DNA of 64,000 bases from an uncultured archaeon (GCA_964347045.1 CAYFXC010000010.1:17312-81311); one strand, 5' to 3'. Positions 1 through 9,465 are shown, counted from the first letter of the stretch. The notes: generated by a model not told the origin, from the letters alone. Numbers and translations are program-made.

Positions 1-1
1 C

Positions 2-340
2 AATGTCGCCTTAGATATCAGCGAATGGTGCGATTGTATGCCCGCAGGTCCACAAGCAATGGTACCTGACTTGGGAATCTTTGCTTCACGGGATCCAGTA
101 GCTGTCGATGCAGCGAGCATGGATAAGCTCAACAAGGCATTTCCCATTGCAAGTTCAGCGTGTGGAAATATTGCTCCGGGCGAGGATAAACTTGCGGTAG
201 CGACTCCTTGGCCTGATCCCCACACTGGTGAAAAAACTCCAACCCAATGTCATTTATTGCAACTGGATTATGCAACCGAATTGGGTGTTGGAACCAAAGA
301 TTATAGACTCAAACATGTCGACAAAGCCAAGCCGTCGTAA
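2..340 (+). CDS. DUF362 family Fe-S protein, C-terminal part (5'-truncated by window)
   Basis: Frame open from nt 2: NVALDISEWCDC...PDLGIFASRDPVAVDAAS...QLDYATELGVG matches the DUF362 C-terminal motifs. Confidence 0.8.
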   Translation, partial: NVALDISEWCDCMPAGPQAMVPDLGIFASRDPVAVDAASMDKLNKAFPIASSACGNIAPGEDKLAVATPWPDPHTGEKTPTQCHLLQLDYATELGVGTKDYRLKHVDKAKPS

Positions 341-348
341 AGCCGAGC

Positions 349-1002
349 CTAACGCGATTTGGATTTCTTCGATTTTACTTTGGAAGGTATTTGAGATTTT
401 TGAGTGCTTTGGGTGTCTCTTGATAACCATTCGTTGAGAAACAATTTAGCATAATGGATCGGAACACCCACATCAAAGAGATGCCCAGCAATTTCTTGAC
501 GTGACATTCCCATTTTTGCTAGTTGACTTGCAAGGTTATAGGTAAATTCTTTCAGTTCCCAAGGATATACAACCCATGCTTCAGTTTTCACAACGTAGTA
601 GTCAGGAACTAATTTTGTCCAAGGTTTCATATGCATCGTTGCTGTTCGAGGATTCTTGTATCCTCGTTGCACCAGGTGCTCACCAGCAATAATTAGGCTG
701 TCTCCTGTATCCGAAATATCATCTACGAGAAGAGGATGTTCCCATTTCATGTCTCGTGGAATTTTCTGGCTTATTCGGGGTTCAAGGTCTCGAGCATAAA
801 TTCCCCGATAAAGATCCACTTTGACATTGGCTGTATCACGAGTAAAGAAGAGGTCTGAAAGTATTCGAGCGGGAATCCATCCCCCACGAGCAACGCCTAC
901 GATAACATCTGGTCGGTATCCTGAATCCACAATTTGTTCATAGAGTCTAAAACAAAGTTCGTACAGTCGCTCCCACCAAACGAATTCGTACGAGATTGCC
1001 AT
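349..1002 (-). CDS. Type I phosphoribosyltransferase (purine PRTase-like)
   Basis: GVARGGWIPARILSD, PRPP-binding LLVDDISDTGDS and WVVYPWE motifs. Confidence 0.9.
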   Translation of the reverse strand: MAISYEFVWWERLYELCFRLYEQIVDSGYRPDVIVGVARGGWIPARILSDLFFTRDTANVKVDLYRGIYARDLEPRISQKIPRDMKWEHPLLVDDISDTGDSLIIAGEHLVQRGYKNPRTATMHMKPWTKLVPDYYVVKTEAWVVYPWELKEFTYNLASQLAKMGMSRQEIAGHLFDVGVPIHYAKLFLNEWLSRDTQSTQKSQIPSKVKSKKSKSR

Positions 1003-1128
1003 AATGCATGGTATCTACCCTGACTATAAAGCTTATCGTCAAGACCCTATAAAATCGCGAACTATGGACAAATATAACCTTGCTTTGATTACCTTAACAA
1101 TAATTATGTATATAGGCATCAATTTCTA

Positions 1129-1638
1129 ATGGGAACTAGGCTGGCGCTGATGACTAATCCCACGAATTCCGAAGATGAAGAGAAGAAACTGGAGAAGGAA
1201 GAGGCGCAAAACGAAAAAGACTTCAAGGATAAGCTAGAAGACATCTCATCCCGTCTTGCCCGAATTGAACGGGTGCTTGCACGTCTTGAACCGGAGATGG
1301 GTGAATTCCAGCAATCCACCCGATTAATTCGAGACGGGATGGACTTTTATGGGAATCTCTTCGAGATGATGGGACGTTTCTCAGGTCGTCAACGCTTGCA
1401 GAAACGCTATCCGATATTAGCGAAGGATGAGATGAGCCGACTCATTGTAGAAGCACTCGAACCAGGAAACCCTTTGAATATCAGCCAGCTCACGGTTGCT
1501 GTGCGACGTGGTCGGGGCACTGCTTCACGTCGAATCATTCGAGAACGAGTAAAACAGCTTCAGAACCTAGGGATTATCCAAGAATCACATCAAGACAAAA
1601 AAGCAATGTATTATAAACTGTCTGATGATCTTTTGTAA
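1129..1638 (+). CDS. Coiled-coil plus winged-helix transcriptional regulator
   Basis: N-terminal coiled coil; C-terminal LNISQLT...ASRRIIRERVKQLQNLGII wHTH. Confidence 0.75.
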   Translation: MGTRLALMTNPTNSEDEEKKLEKEEAQNEKDFKDKLEDISSRLARIERVLARLEPEMGEFQQSTRLIRDGMDFYGNLFEMMGRFSGRQRLQKRYPILAKDEMSRLIVEALEPGNPLNISQLTVAVRRGRGTASRRIIRERVKQLQNLGIIQESHQDKKAMYYKLSDDLL

Positions 1639-1673
1639 GAGCTCTTTCATTTCTAATGGGTTCTTAGTCTGGT

Positions 1674-1693
1674 GTGACCCAATATTTGGTCAC
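1674..1693. promoter_or_regulatory. Palindromic operator candidate
   Basis: GTGACCCAATATTTGGTCAC is 18/20 self-complementary and lies between the wHTH gene and the next gene. Confidence 0.5.
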
Positions 1694-1739
1694 TTCTTTG
1701 CACACAGTATTTGTTTTCTGACCACATCAATATATCCTG

Positions 1740-2096
1740 GTGACAACAACCATGAGCGACAAAGATATCAAATCAACTGATGCAGAGGAAGTACGGGTTA
1801 TTCTTGAAGCGGTTCAAGAAACCGTTCCTAACCTCATCAGTCAGCTCGTTCAAGCCATTTATTCTCCCAAAGTTGCAGAAAGTATCGCTGAAGCCGTTGG
1901 TACGCTTTACCAAGGTCTTAAGAAAAAAGGCCTTCCAGATGATTTGATTCTTGAGATGACACGGAATTACATGAAAGTCCTTGACATTAAAGAGTTAATG
2001 AGTGAAAGCATAGGTTCAGGTCGGTTATCCAAAGATTGGGACATTGATGTAGAACGTGCAATTCGGAAAAAACGTGCAGACAAGGAGAAGGCTTAG
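1740..2096 (+). CDS. Conserved helical hypothetical protein
   Basis: Clean ORF; LYQGLKKKGLPDDLILEMTRNY motif shared with the next gene. Confidence 0.8.
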   Translation: MTTTMSDKDIKSTDAEEVRVILEAVQETVPNLISQLVQAIYSPKVAESIAEAVGTLYQGLKKKGLPDDLILEMTRNYMKVLDIKELMSESIGSGRLSKDWDIDVERAIRKKRADKEKA

Positions 2097-2207
2097 AGTA
2101 AAAAAGAATAGATGGAGAGGTCATCTGGACAGGTTTTAAGATCCAGATACCTTTTCCCTCATTCATCCAACCTAGCATCTGTAACCCAAAAGGAGGAACA
2201 TCAAACA

Positions 2208-2462
2208 ATGACAGCCAGAAAAATCATCTCAGCAATACCCGAAGTGATACGAGTGGCCATTCGTTCTTGGATAGCACTCCAGCAGGGAAAACGCTACGCT
2301 AGTAAAGGTGTACAAGTTTTTCAAAATACGTTGCAGGTACAGGGGTTGCCAGAAGACGTTGTCAATGCACTAACCACGAGTTATCAGGCGAACCTTAAAC
2401 TCCTTTCAATTCGGGAACTCTCACAATTTTCAATACGGGTGGCTCGCCAACAATCTTCGTAG
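2208..2462 (+). CDS. Small hypothetical protein, paralogous motif to upstream gene
   Basis: AGGAGG SD before ATG 2208; FQNTLQVQGLPEDVVNALTTSY motif. Confidence 0.7.
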   Translation: MTARKIISAIPEVIRVAIRSWIALQQGKRYASKGVQVFQNTLQVQGLPEDVVNALTTSYQANLKLLSIRELSQFSIRVARQQSS

Positions 2463-2483
2463 CAATCTATTGTTACAAAAATT

Positions 2484-2588
2484 GCGAGCCGCGGACGCTA
2501 ACATCCGAGCAGATCAGTTCCGTCATCCGCCATGATGAGTGGCTCTGGTTAGGTGCATGTTCGTCATCGTCGACGTCCGCATGCTCAC
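2484..2588 (-). ncRNA. Box C/D guide sRNA candidate with extended terminal stem
   Basis: Minus strand: terminal stem, C ATGACGA, 13-nt guide, D' CAGA, hairpin, C' ATGACGG, 12-nt guide, D CGGA, stem, then a TTTTT tract. Confidence 0.65.
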
Positions 2589-2631
2589 TGAATAGGAAGT
2601 AATTCTTCCCTTTAGGAGTTTCTGAATCTCT

Positions 2632-3078
2632 TTACTCAGATTTTGGGGGTTTCATCAACTCTTTTTTGATAGCGTTCATGGTTAAAAGAGGTCTAAACAG
2701 AAAGTAGAAGAAGATCAAACCGACTAGAAACAGAACAATGCCTAGAATCTTTAGATAGAGGGCAAAGGGTCCAAAGGTAGTAAATACTATGGCGAGGGGT
2801 AAGAGCGCACTAATGATAGCGCGAATAATTGTGAGTAAAATGGCTTTTTGAGTGTCTTTGACAAAGAAGACAGCAAAATAACCGATAATGATGAAAAACA
2901 AGGTTATACCAGCAACAATGGTCAAATACAGCTCTTGGAACGTCGTCGGAAAGAATGCACCACCAATGAGTAGTATAAAGTAGATGACGATGACAATGAA
3001 AGTCCAATAATTAAAAGCACTGGTAAATTTTTTCAAATCTATCGTAGCTTTGGTTAATCGCGCTATGGGATCAGACAT
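2632..3078 (-). CDS. 4-TM membrane protein
   Basis: Four hydrophobic segments; GGAGG SD. Confidence 0.8.
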   Translation of the reverse strand: MSDPIARLTKATIDLKKFTSAFNYWTFIVIVIYFILLIGGAFFPTTFQELYLTIVAGITLFFIIIGYFAVFFVKDTQKAILLTIIRAIISALLPLAIVFTTFGPFALYLKILGIVLFLVGLIFFYFLFRPLLTMNAIKKELMKPPKSE

Positions 3079-3148
3079 GGCAAAAATCCTCCAAATTGTT
3101 GCACCCTTGTTGGATATTCCCTAAATCCCTTTCTATGGAAAAATACCC

Positions 3149-4237
3149 TCATTTTTCGACCAGTTTCAGAATCTCTTTGGGCTTGATTTTTGTTAGCACC
3201 GCTCTTTCGGTGATGAAACCGGTTACATACTTGGCAGGAGTGATATCAAATACAGGATTCAAGACATCAGTATGGTCTGGAGCAACCTGAATTGGCCCCA
3301 TTCCACCCGTAGGTAGACGCCCTGTCACTGTTCGCACCTCCTTGGCAGGACGTTCCTCAATTAAGATATTTTTACCGCTGGGGCAATCTAAATCAAAAGC
3401 TGTAATTGGTGCCGCGACATAAAATGGCACTCCATGTGTATGAGCAAGCAGAGCTTTTTCGTAGGTTCCAATTTTATTAGCAACATCACCATTTGCAACA
3501 ATCCGATCGGCGCCAACAATCACCATATCAATTAGCCCTTGGCTGAAAAGATATCCACAAGCACTATCGATGATAAGTTGATGAGGAATATCTTCCTGTT
3601 GAAGCTCCCAAGTGGTCAACCGACTTCCTTGCAACCATGGCCGAGTTTCAGATACGTATACATTTGCGATATTTCCCGCACTATGCGCAAATCGAATAAC
3701 ACTAAGTGCGGACCCATGGTCCTGAATAGCTAGAGCACCAGTATTGCAATGGGTTAAAACCCGGCTTCCAGATTTGAGCAGAGTTGCGCCTTCTTTACCA
3801 ATTGTTTTTGAGGCATGTAAATCTGAAGTAAGAATATCACTTGCAGCCTGGTCAACGAGGACTTTTTTTTCTTCAATGGTTGTGCCTTTTTCAGCAGCCA
3901 AAAGACAATATTTCACAGCCGCAGAAAGGGTTACGGCGGTCGGTCGAGCCTGCATAATGATGTTTCCAGCTTCTTTTAGAAGATGATTAAACTCTAGCAC
4001 CAGAGTAGTTGAGATTTCTTGGGCGGCTTGGGCCATAGCGAAGGCTCCAGAAACACCAACAGAACCAGCACCGCGGGTAACCAGATCTTTGATTGCTTTC
4101 ACTGTTTCTTGCCAAGAAGCAAGTCGTTTTAGTTCAAATTTAAATGGTAACCAACGTTGGTCAATCATAGTCACAACATGATTTTCCATCTGAACAGCAA
4201 GCATATCAACTATCTGACCATCAATTTTTATTCGCAT
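3149..4237 (-). CDS. mtnA: S-methyl-5-thioribose-1-phosphate isomerase
   Basis: IDQRWLP, RGAG, ARPTAV, LTHCNTGALA, ETRPWLQGSRLT, GDVANKIGTY, NPVFDITP. Confidence 0.93.
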   Translation of the reverse strand: MRIKIDGQIVDMLAVQMENHVVTMIDQRWLPFKFELKRLASWQETVKAIKDLVTRGAGSVGVSGAFAMAQAAQEISTTLVLEFNHLLKEAGNIIMQARPTAVTLSAAVKYCLLAAEKGTTIEEKKVLVDQAASDILTSDLHASKTIGKEGATLLKSGSRVLTHCNTGALAIQDHGSALSVIRFAHSAGNIANVYVSETRPWLQGSRLTTWELQQEDIPHQLIIDSACGYLFSQGLIDMVIVGADRIVANGDVANKIGTYEKALLAHTHGVPFYVAAPITAFDLDCPSGKNILIEERPAKEVRTVTGRLPTGGMGPIQVAPDHTDVLNPVFDITPAKYVTGFITERAVLTKIKPKEILKLVEK

Positions 4238-4347
4238 TAACCGACCTCCAATCGTATCATTAGTTACATCTATAGACCAAAAGAGTTTTGGGAATCACCG
4301 GAAGAATAGCCCAGCCACATAATACTTCGAAACTCGGTGCTTCAGTA

Positions 4348-5034
4348 ATGGTTTTTCAAAAAACTGTCAAAGTAATGCTGTTTGATTTGGATGGAACTCT
4401 CGTGAAGCTTCCTTTAATATGGCAGTTTTTTGACGAGTTACTCATAGAAACACTCTTAGAATTTAACATTTCTCCTCCACCACAGGATACTCGCTTTGCA
4501 GTCTGGCATACAGGAAGCAATTTCGAGACAGTCATCAAAAGCTGGGGTGTGGAGGATTATCCAACTTTCATTCATCGTTTTGATGTACGGGATTATCAAA
4601 AACGAAAAGAACTGATTAACCACGGAACAATACAGCTCTTTGATGATGTGGATGTATTAGAACCCCTGCATAAGAGATTTGATCTAGGTTTGCTCACAAA
4701 TACACCACCAGGAATAGCATGGTTAGAAGTAAAATCCTTTGACTTGGAAAAATATTTCAAAGATTTTGTCATGCTCGGAAGTGTCGAACAGCATATTGCA
4801 AAACCTGAACCTGACGGCTTTCTTCGATGTCTTAAAAACCTCGATGCGCAACCTGAAGAGGCTGTTATGATCGGCGATTCCAGTAGTGATATAATTGGAG
4901 GAAATCGTGTGGGTATGATTACTGTGTTAGTTAATCGTCCAGATCAACACACTCCAGTAAATTTGAACCCACCACCAGACCTAACCATCACGGATTTGAA
5001 TGAATTACTTAATTTTCGTTCTAGCAAGGATTAG
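4348..5034 (+). CDS. HAD family hydrolase
   Basis: FDLDGTL, LTN, KPEP and MIGDSSSDI motifs; ATG 4348 is the likely start. Confidence 0.9.
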   Translation: MVFQKTVKVMLFDLDGTLVKLPLIWQFFDELLIETLLEFNISPPPQDTRFAVWHTGSNFETVIKSWGVEDYPTFIHRFDVRDYQKRKELINHGTIQLFDDVDVLEPLHKRFDLGLLTNTPPGIAWLEVKSFDLEKYFKDFVMLGSVEQHIAKPEPDGFLRCLKNLDAQPEEAVMIGDSSSDIIGGNRVGMITVLVNRPDQHTPVNLNPPPDLTITDLNELLNFRSSKD

Positions 5035-6462
5035 TTATTCAGTTGGACGGTGTAGGATTTCTCCGTATTCAACAAGTGCGGCCATTCCTCGAGCACCACG
5101 CAATGGAAGGTGGTAGGAAGGAACTCCTGCTAATCGAAGTGTAAACATTCGTTTTCGGATTTCTTTGGTCGATGGAACCGATACCACCACCACGGGTTTC
5201 TTCTTCTGTTCTGAAGCTTCAACGATTGCTTGACTCACTTGTTCCGCATCGAGTAATGGTGTCATAAATAGAGGAATCACAATTATTCCATCAACCTCAT
5301 CACTATCTAAGAGCGTGTTCATTGAAAATGCAAATTGCTCTGCTGTTGCAGAACCTGTCAAGTCAACAGGATTTCGAACCGAATAAAAGTAGGGGAGTTT
5401 TGTATGCAGGCGTTTCTGAAGCGTTTCGGATAATTCGGGTGCTTGAAGGTGATAATCAGCCAAAGCGTCCAAAGTCATCACACCAAACCCACCACCACTA
5501 GTAATGACCCCAATGCGATTACCCTTTGCTGGTGGTTGGTTGACCAGAGCACGAGCCACATCAAAGAATTCACCGATTGTTTTAACGCGAATTACACCAG
5601 CTGATTCAAAAGCGGCATCGTATATCCGGTCTGTACCAGCCAAAGAACCTGTATGACTACTGACAGCCCTTGTTCCTGCTTCACTGCGACCTGCTTTGAT
5701 GACAATGAACGGTTTGACTTTGGATGCCCGTTTACAGATTTCAATGAATTTTCGACCACGATTAATAGATTCCAAGTAAAGGCCAGTGACTTGGGTATCT
5801 TTATCATCTTCTAAATAGTCGATTAAATCCCCCTCATCCACATCGATAGCGTTACCGAAACTGGCGAATTTACTGAAGCCTATTTCTTCATTAAAGGCAA
5901 AGCTCATCACCGCACCACCTACAGAGCCTGATTGAGTGAGAAAAGAAATTCGACCAACTCCGGGTCGAGGAGTTGTACTTCCAGGAAGAAAAAGCGTGTC
6001 AATATGCGTGCTTGGACTGAAAGTTCCTAAACAGTTTGGACCCAAAACACGAATATGGCCTTTTTTGGCAAGTTCTAGAACTTGGTTTTCTAATTTTACA
6101 CCTTCCGGACCTGATTCACGGAAACCCCCAGAGACAATGATGACATTTGGAATCTTCTTTTCGATGCAGTCTTTCATTGCAATTGGTACAAACTTGGCTG
6201 GAATGACGATGACGGCCAAGTCAATGGGTCCACCACAGTCTTTGAGGGAACCATAGGTTTTGATTCCAAGGATATGGTATTCCTCTTTTGCGGCTTTGGG
6301 ATTGATCAGGTATAATCGCCCTGGGAACTTAGCGGCTACCATTTGTTCCACGATGATGTGTCCGATTCGCCCTGGACGGCGAGATGCCCCAATAATGGCG
6401 ACGTTTCGGGGATTAAAGAAGCGATCCATTTGTGTTTCAACCGAATCCATATTACTAACCAC
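5035..6462 (-). CDS. acdA: ADP-forming acetyl/acyl-CoA synthetase alpha subunit
   Basis: AIIGAS, LGPNCLG, TQSGS, phospho-His SHTGSLAG, NPVDLTG. Confidence 0.9.
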   Translation of the reverse strand: MVSNMDSVETQMDRFFNPRNVAIIGASRRPGRIGHIIVEQMVAAKFPGRLYLINPKAAKEEYHILGIKTYGSLKDCGGPIDLAVIVIPAKFVPIAMKDCIEKKIPNVIIVSGGFRESGPEGVKLENQVLELAKKGHIRVLGPNCLGTFSPSTHIDTLFLPGSTTPRPGVGRISFLTQSGSVGGAVMSFAFNEEIGFSKFASFGNAIDVDEGDLIDYLEDDKDTQVTGLYLESINRGRKFIEICKRASKVKPFIVIKAGRSEAGTRAVSSHTGSLAGTDRIYDAAFESAGVIRVKTIGEFFDVARALVNQPPAKGNRIGVITSGGGFGVMTLDALADYHLQAPELSETLQKRLHTKLPYFYSVRNPVDLTGSATAEQFAFSMNTLLDSDEVDGIIVIPLFMTPLLDAEQVSQAIVEASEQKKKPVVVVSVPSTKEIRKRMFTLRLAGVPSYHLPLRGARGMAALVEYGEILHRPTE

Positions 6463-6507
6463 ACTTCAATTCATAAGACCTAAACTAGGTGTGATCTTCG
6501 CCCTTTA

Positions 6508-6675
6508 ATGATTCCCGTGAATTTGCTGGTAATTCGTTCGACCCAACGGTTAGTATTATTTCTTGAAGGGGTAGCTACTCTAATCTTAGTGATAGTCGTA
6601 GTTGTTCTGATACTAGTAAAAATAAGACGCCCCTCCCCAAATTCTCCAAACACCATTCACTCGACGGAAAAGTAG
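6508..6675 (+). CDS. 55-aa single-TM peptide or remnant membrane anchor
   Basis: Hand translation MIPVNLL...GVATLILVIVVVVLILVKIRRP...: TM followed by basic residues; no clear SD. Confidence 0.3.
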   Translation: MIPVNLLVIRSTQRLVLFLEGVATLILVIVVVVLILVKIRRPSPNSPNTIHSTEK

Positions 6676-6911
6676 GAAAAGCACAAACCATTCGCCTTAT
6701 TCAATATATTCAAATCGGGTTCTCGTACTTCCCAAGGTTTCAACGGTTATGGCATCCATGGATCCTAGGTGTATAGCGGACCAAGGAAATCCAAGGGTTT
6801 CAATATCACTACATCAGTCTACTGACACTGTTCCTTTGTCTAGTGAAAAGGTTAATTTTGAACGCTGTCCATGTCTGTTTAAAATTTGTATTGAAAACAG
6901 GTGTTTTGCTC

Positions 6912-8147
6912 GTGTCTAATTTAGTTGTGCCCGATCGAGTTCTTGTACGTTACGGTGAAATTGGACTGAAAAGCATTGGTGTTCGCCGTCACCTCGAGAG
7001 TCTCCTTCATAATCATCTCATTGCTATGCTTGCCCGATATGGAGCGGAGTATTCGAGTATCACTCGTGAACGTGGCCGGTTTTTCATTCAGACAGCTGAA
7101 CCCGATTTGAGCGCTCAGGCAGCATCGCGGGTCTTCGGAGTTGTTTCAACCAGCCCGGTCTGGTCTGTTCCGTCAAAACCTGTCAAAATTATTGACCTTG
7201 TAAGAGAGCTCACACCCCAAATTGTAATGGAGGGCCAAAAATTTGCTGTACGAGCCCGACGCGTGAAAACCCTTCCTTATACGAGCCAAGAAATTGCAGC
7301 TCAAGTAGGTGCGGCTATCATCGAAGCAACCAAGAACTATAAAGAACCTATCAGGGTTGACTTGAACAACCCAGCTGTTGAAGTCCATGTGGAGATTCGA
7401 GAGAAACTCACGTTCATCTTCACAGAGATCATCAAAGGACCAGGCGGATTACCTTACGGATCACAAGGCACCATTCTCGGACTCCATTCGGGAGGACTGG
7501 ATAGTCCTGTAGCGCAATGGTTGATGATGAAACGAGGTGCGCGAGTAATCCCATTATATTTTGATTCAGATGTTCCACCTCGACAAGCTTTGCGATCTCG
7601 AGCCATTCAAAGTGCGAAGCGCTTAGCAAAATGGATACCTGATAAAAAAGCCGAGTTACTTATCATTCCCTATTATGACATTTTACGGCAATTGCAGATG
7701 CCAGCCTATCCGAAAATAACCTGTATCCTTTGTAAACGAATGATTTACCGGATGGGAGCCATGGTAGCTGCACAAGAAGAAGCAAAAGCCTTGGTAACGG
7801 GTGAATCTTTGGGGCAAGTAGCCTCACAAACATTGAGTAACCTTTCAATTCTTGATTCCGCAGTGGCTCTTCCAATCTTTCGCCCATTAATTGGTTTTGA
7901 TAAGACTAAAACGATGGATTTAGCCCGACAAATTGGCACATATGATGTGTCGAGCAAAGACGTTGGTGGTTGTTTTGCTGTACCTAAGCAACCGACTATT
8001 GCAGCCTTATTAGATCAGGTGCATGAGGCGGAATCCAAGCTGCCCATTGAAGAATTAGTCATAGGTGCGGTCTCCCGTTTAGAGAGGATTCAAATAATAG
8101 AAGAATTTAATTGTAGGAAGATAAGAAATAGAAATTCTAGAGATTGA
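6912..8147 (+). CDS. thiI: tRNA 4-thiouridine(8) synthase ThiI
   Basis: VRYGEIGLKS, THUMP domain, GPGGLP, PP-loop SGGLDSPVA, CILCKR, GESLGQVASQT; GTG 6912 is the likely start. Confidence 0.93.
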   Translation: MSNLVVPDRVLVRYGEIGLKSIGVRRHLESLLHNHLIAMLARYGAEYSSITRERGRFFIQTAEPDLSAQAASRVFGVVSTSPVWSVPSKPVKIIDLVRELTPQIVMEGQKFAVRARRVKTLPYTSQEIAAQVGAAIIEATKNYKEPIRVDLNNPAVEVHVEIREKLTFIFTEIIKGPGGLPYGSQGTILGLHSGGLDSPVAQWLMMKRGARVIPLYFDSDVPPRQALRSRAIQSAKRLAKWIPDKKAELLIIPYYDILRQLQMPAYPKITCILCKRMIYRMGAMVAAQEEAKALVTGESLGQVASQTLSNLSILDSAVALPIFRPLIGFDKTKTMDLARQIGTYDVSSKDVGGCFAVPKQPTIAALLDQVHEAESKLPIEELVIGAVSRLERIQIIEEFNCRKIRNRNSRD

Positions 8148-8207
8148 CTTATTTAAAACGCAGTCATCTCCTTTATCAGTTTACCTAAAGGCGAGTAGTC
8201 GGGTGTA

Positions 8208-8900
8208 TTGATGGTGAAACGAGCAATCGGTCGAGTGATGGACCGTTATGAAATCGATCAACGTATCGTTGAAACTATAGCAGTGAAACCTAGAGTGACG
8301 ATTGATGGCATTGCAAAAGAAACGGGTTTAAGCTACACTGCAGTCCGGAACAGTCTCCAACGCCTTGTAAATCTTGGCGTCGTGGTTGAGATCACTGACA
8401 CTGAAAGTCCCACTCGAAGAGGACGACCAGCTACTTATTTTCGAATCGAAAAGGGCTTACAACTCTTTGTTCCCCCTCGTCAGTTTAAACATCTAGCTTT
8501 AACTCTTATTGAACAAATCATAATGGAAGAAGGTCCAGAACATGTTGCAGATCTTCTTGATCGTGCAGCTAAACTTCAAGTTGAGAAGCTCTCGGCAAAA
8601 TGGGAGAAGGAAAAAACACGACCCAAAACTCTAGCCCAGATGGTTCAATTCATTTGTGATTATATTAACGATCTGGGTTGTTATGCGAAGCACACGACTT
8701 TCGAAAAGGGCTTTTATGTTTTTGTAAACAATTGCGTCTACCTTGGAGTGGCTAAACAATATCCGGGGACTGTCTGTCGATACCACGAGAGCTTGATCAC
8801 ACATATGGCTCATTCTCATGATAAATCGGTCCTCGTTTCACATGAGCAAGCCATGGCAGAAGGGGCCCACAACTGTCAATACACAATCGTACGCCGATAA
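8208..8900 (+). CDS. ArsR/SufR-like HTH regulator with C-terminal Cys cluster
   Basis: N-terminal wHTH with RRGRP wing; NNCVY...CRYH...HNCQY. Confidence 0.8.
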   Translation: MMVKRAIGRVMDRYEIDQRIVETIAVKPRVTIDGIAKETGLSYTAVRNSLQRLVNLGVVVEITDTESPTRRGRPATYFRIEKGLQLFVPPRQFKHLALTLIEQIIMEEGPEHVADLLDRAAKLQVEKLSAKWEKEKTRPKTLAQMVQFICDYINDLGCYAKHTTFEKGFYVFVNNCVYLGVAKQYPGTVCRYHESLITHMAHSHDKSVLVSHEQAMAEGAHNCQYTIVRR

Positions 8901-8997
8901 TTACTTGATTTTTCTCGAAATTTTGACTGTAGGTTATGCTTTTAAACCATACTGCCTCGATATTGGCAGAACCTCTTAAATTCTTAGGTGAAAACTC

Positions 8998-9318
8998 TTG
9001 GTTGATACTCCAAAAGAAGGCTTAGAAGTCATGGTCGGAACCTTTGACCCCGGCGCCGCCGCAGGCTGGAACTGCATCATCGAAATGGACATCCAAGGCG
9101 ACAACAAATACAACATCACCATCAAAGATCAAAAAATCGAATGGAGCGATGGCCCCGCTGACAAAGCAGACCTCGTCATCACCATTAGTAAAGAAGACTG
9201 GATGGCCATTACCAACGGACAACTCAACGCCGTCGCCGCCTTCATGTCCGGCAAACTCAAATCACAAGGCGACATGAGCCACCTCTTGAAACTCCAAAGC
9301 GTCTTCAAACTCGGCTAA
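8998..9318 (+). CDS. SCP2 sterol/lipid-binding domain protein
   Basis: ADLVITISKEDWMAITNGQLNAVAAFMSGKLKSQGD is the SCP2 signature; AGGTGA SD. Confidence 0.92.
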   Translation: MVDTPKEGLEVMVGTFDPGAAAGWNCIIEMDIQGDNKYNITIKDQKIEWSDGPADKADLVITISKEDWMAITNGQLNAVAAFMSGKLKSQGDMSHLLKLQSVFKLG

Positions 9319-9465
9319 CCCCTGTCAAACGTTCCAACAAACCCACACCCCCCACCGAAATCCTCGGTACATACACATGAGCAGGGGTGGCTTCACACCC
9401 ACCCTTCGCCTCATCTTTTTCCCCCCAAACTCATACTCACACCACCCCCCACACACTACGCCACC

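Noticed and set aside
2532-2591. Plus-strand C/D reading (ATGATGA ... CTGA)
   Set aside because: No terminal stem or C'/D' pair in that register; the G-U pairs and U-tract favour the minus strand.
6731-6805. Two GTTTCAA motifs as CRISPR repeats
   Set aside because: Only about 12 nt shared, two copies, no cas genes.
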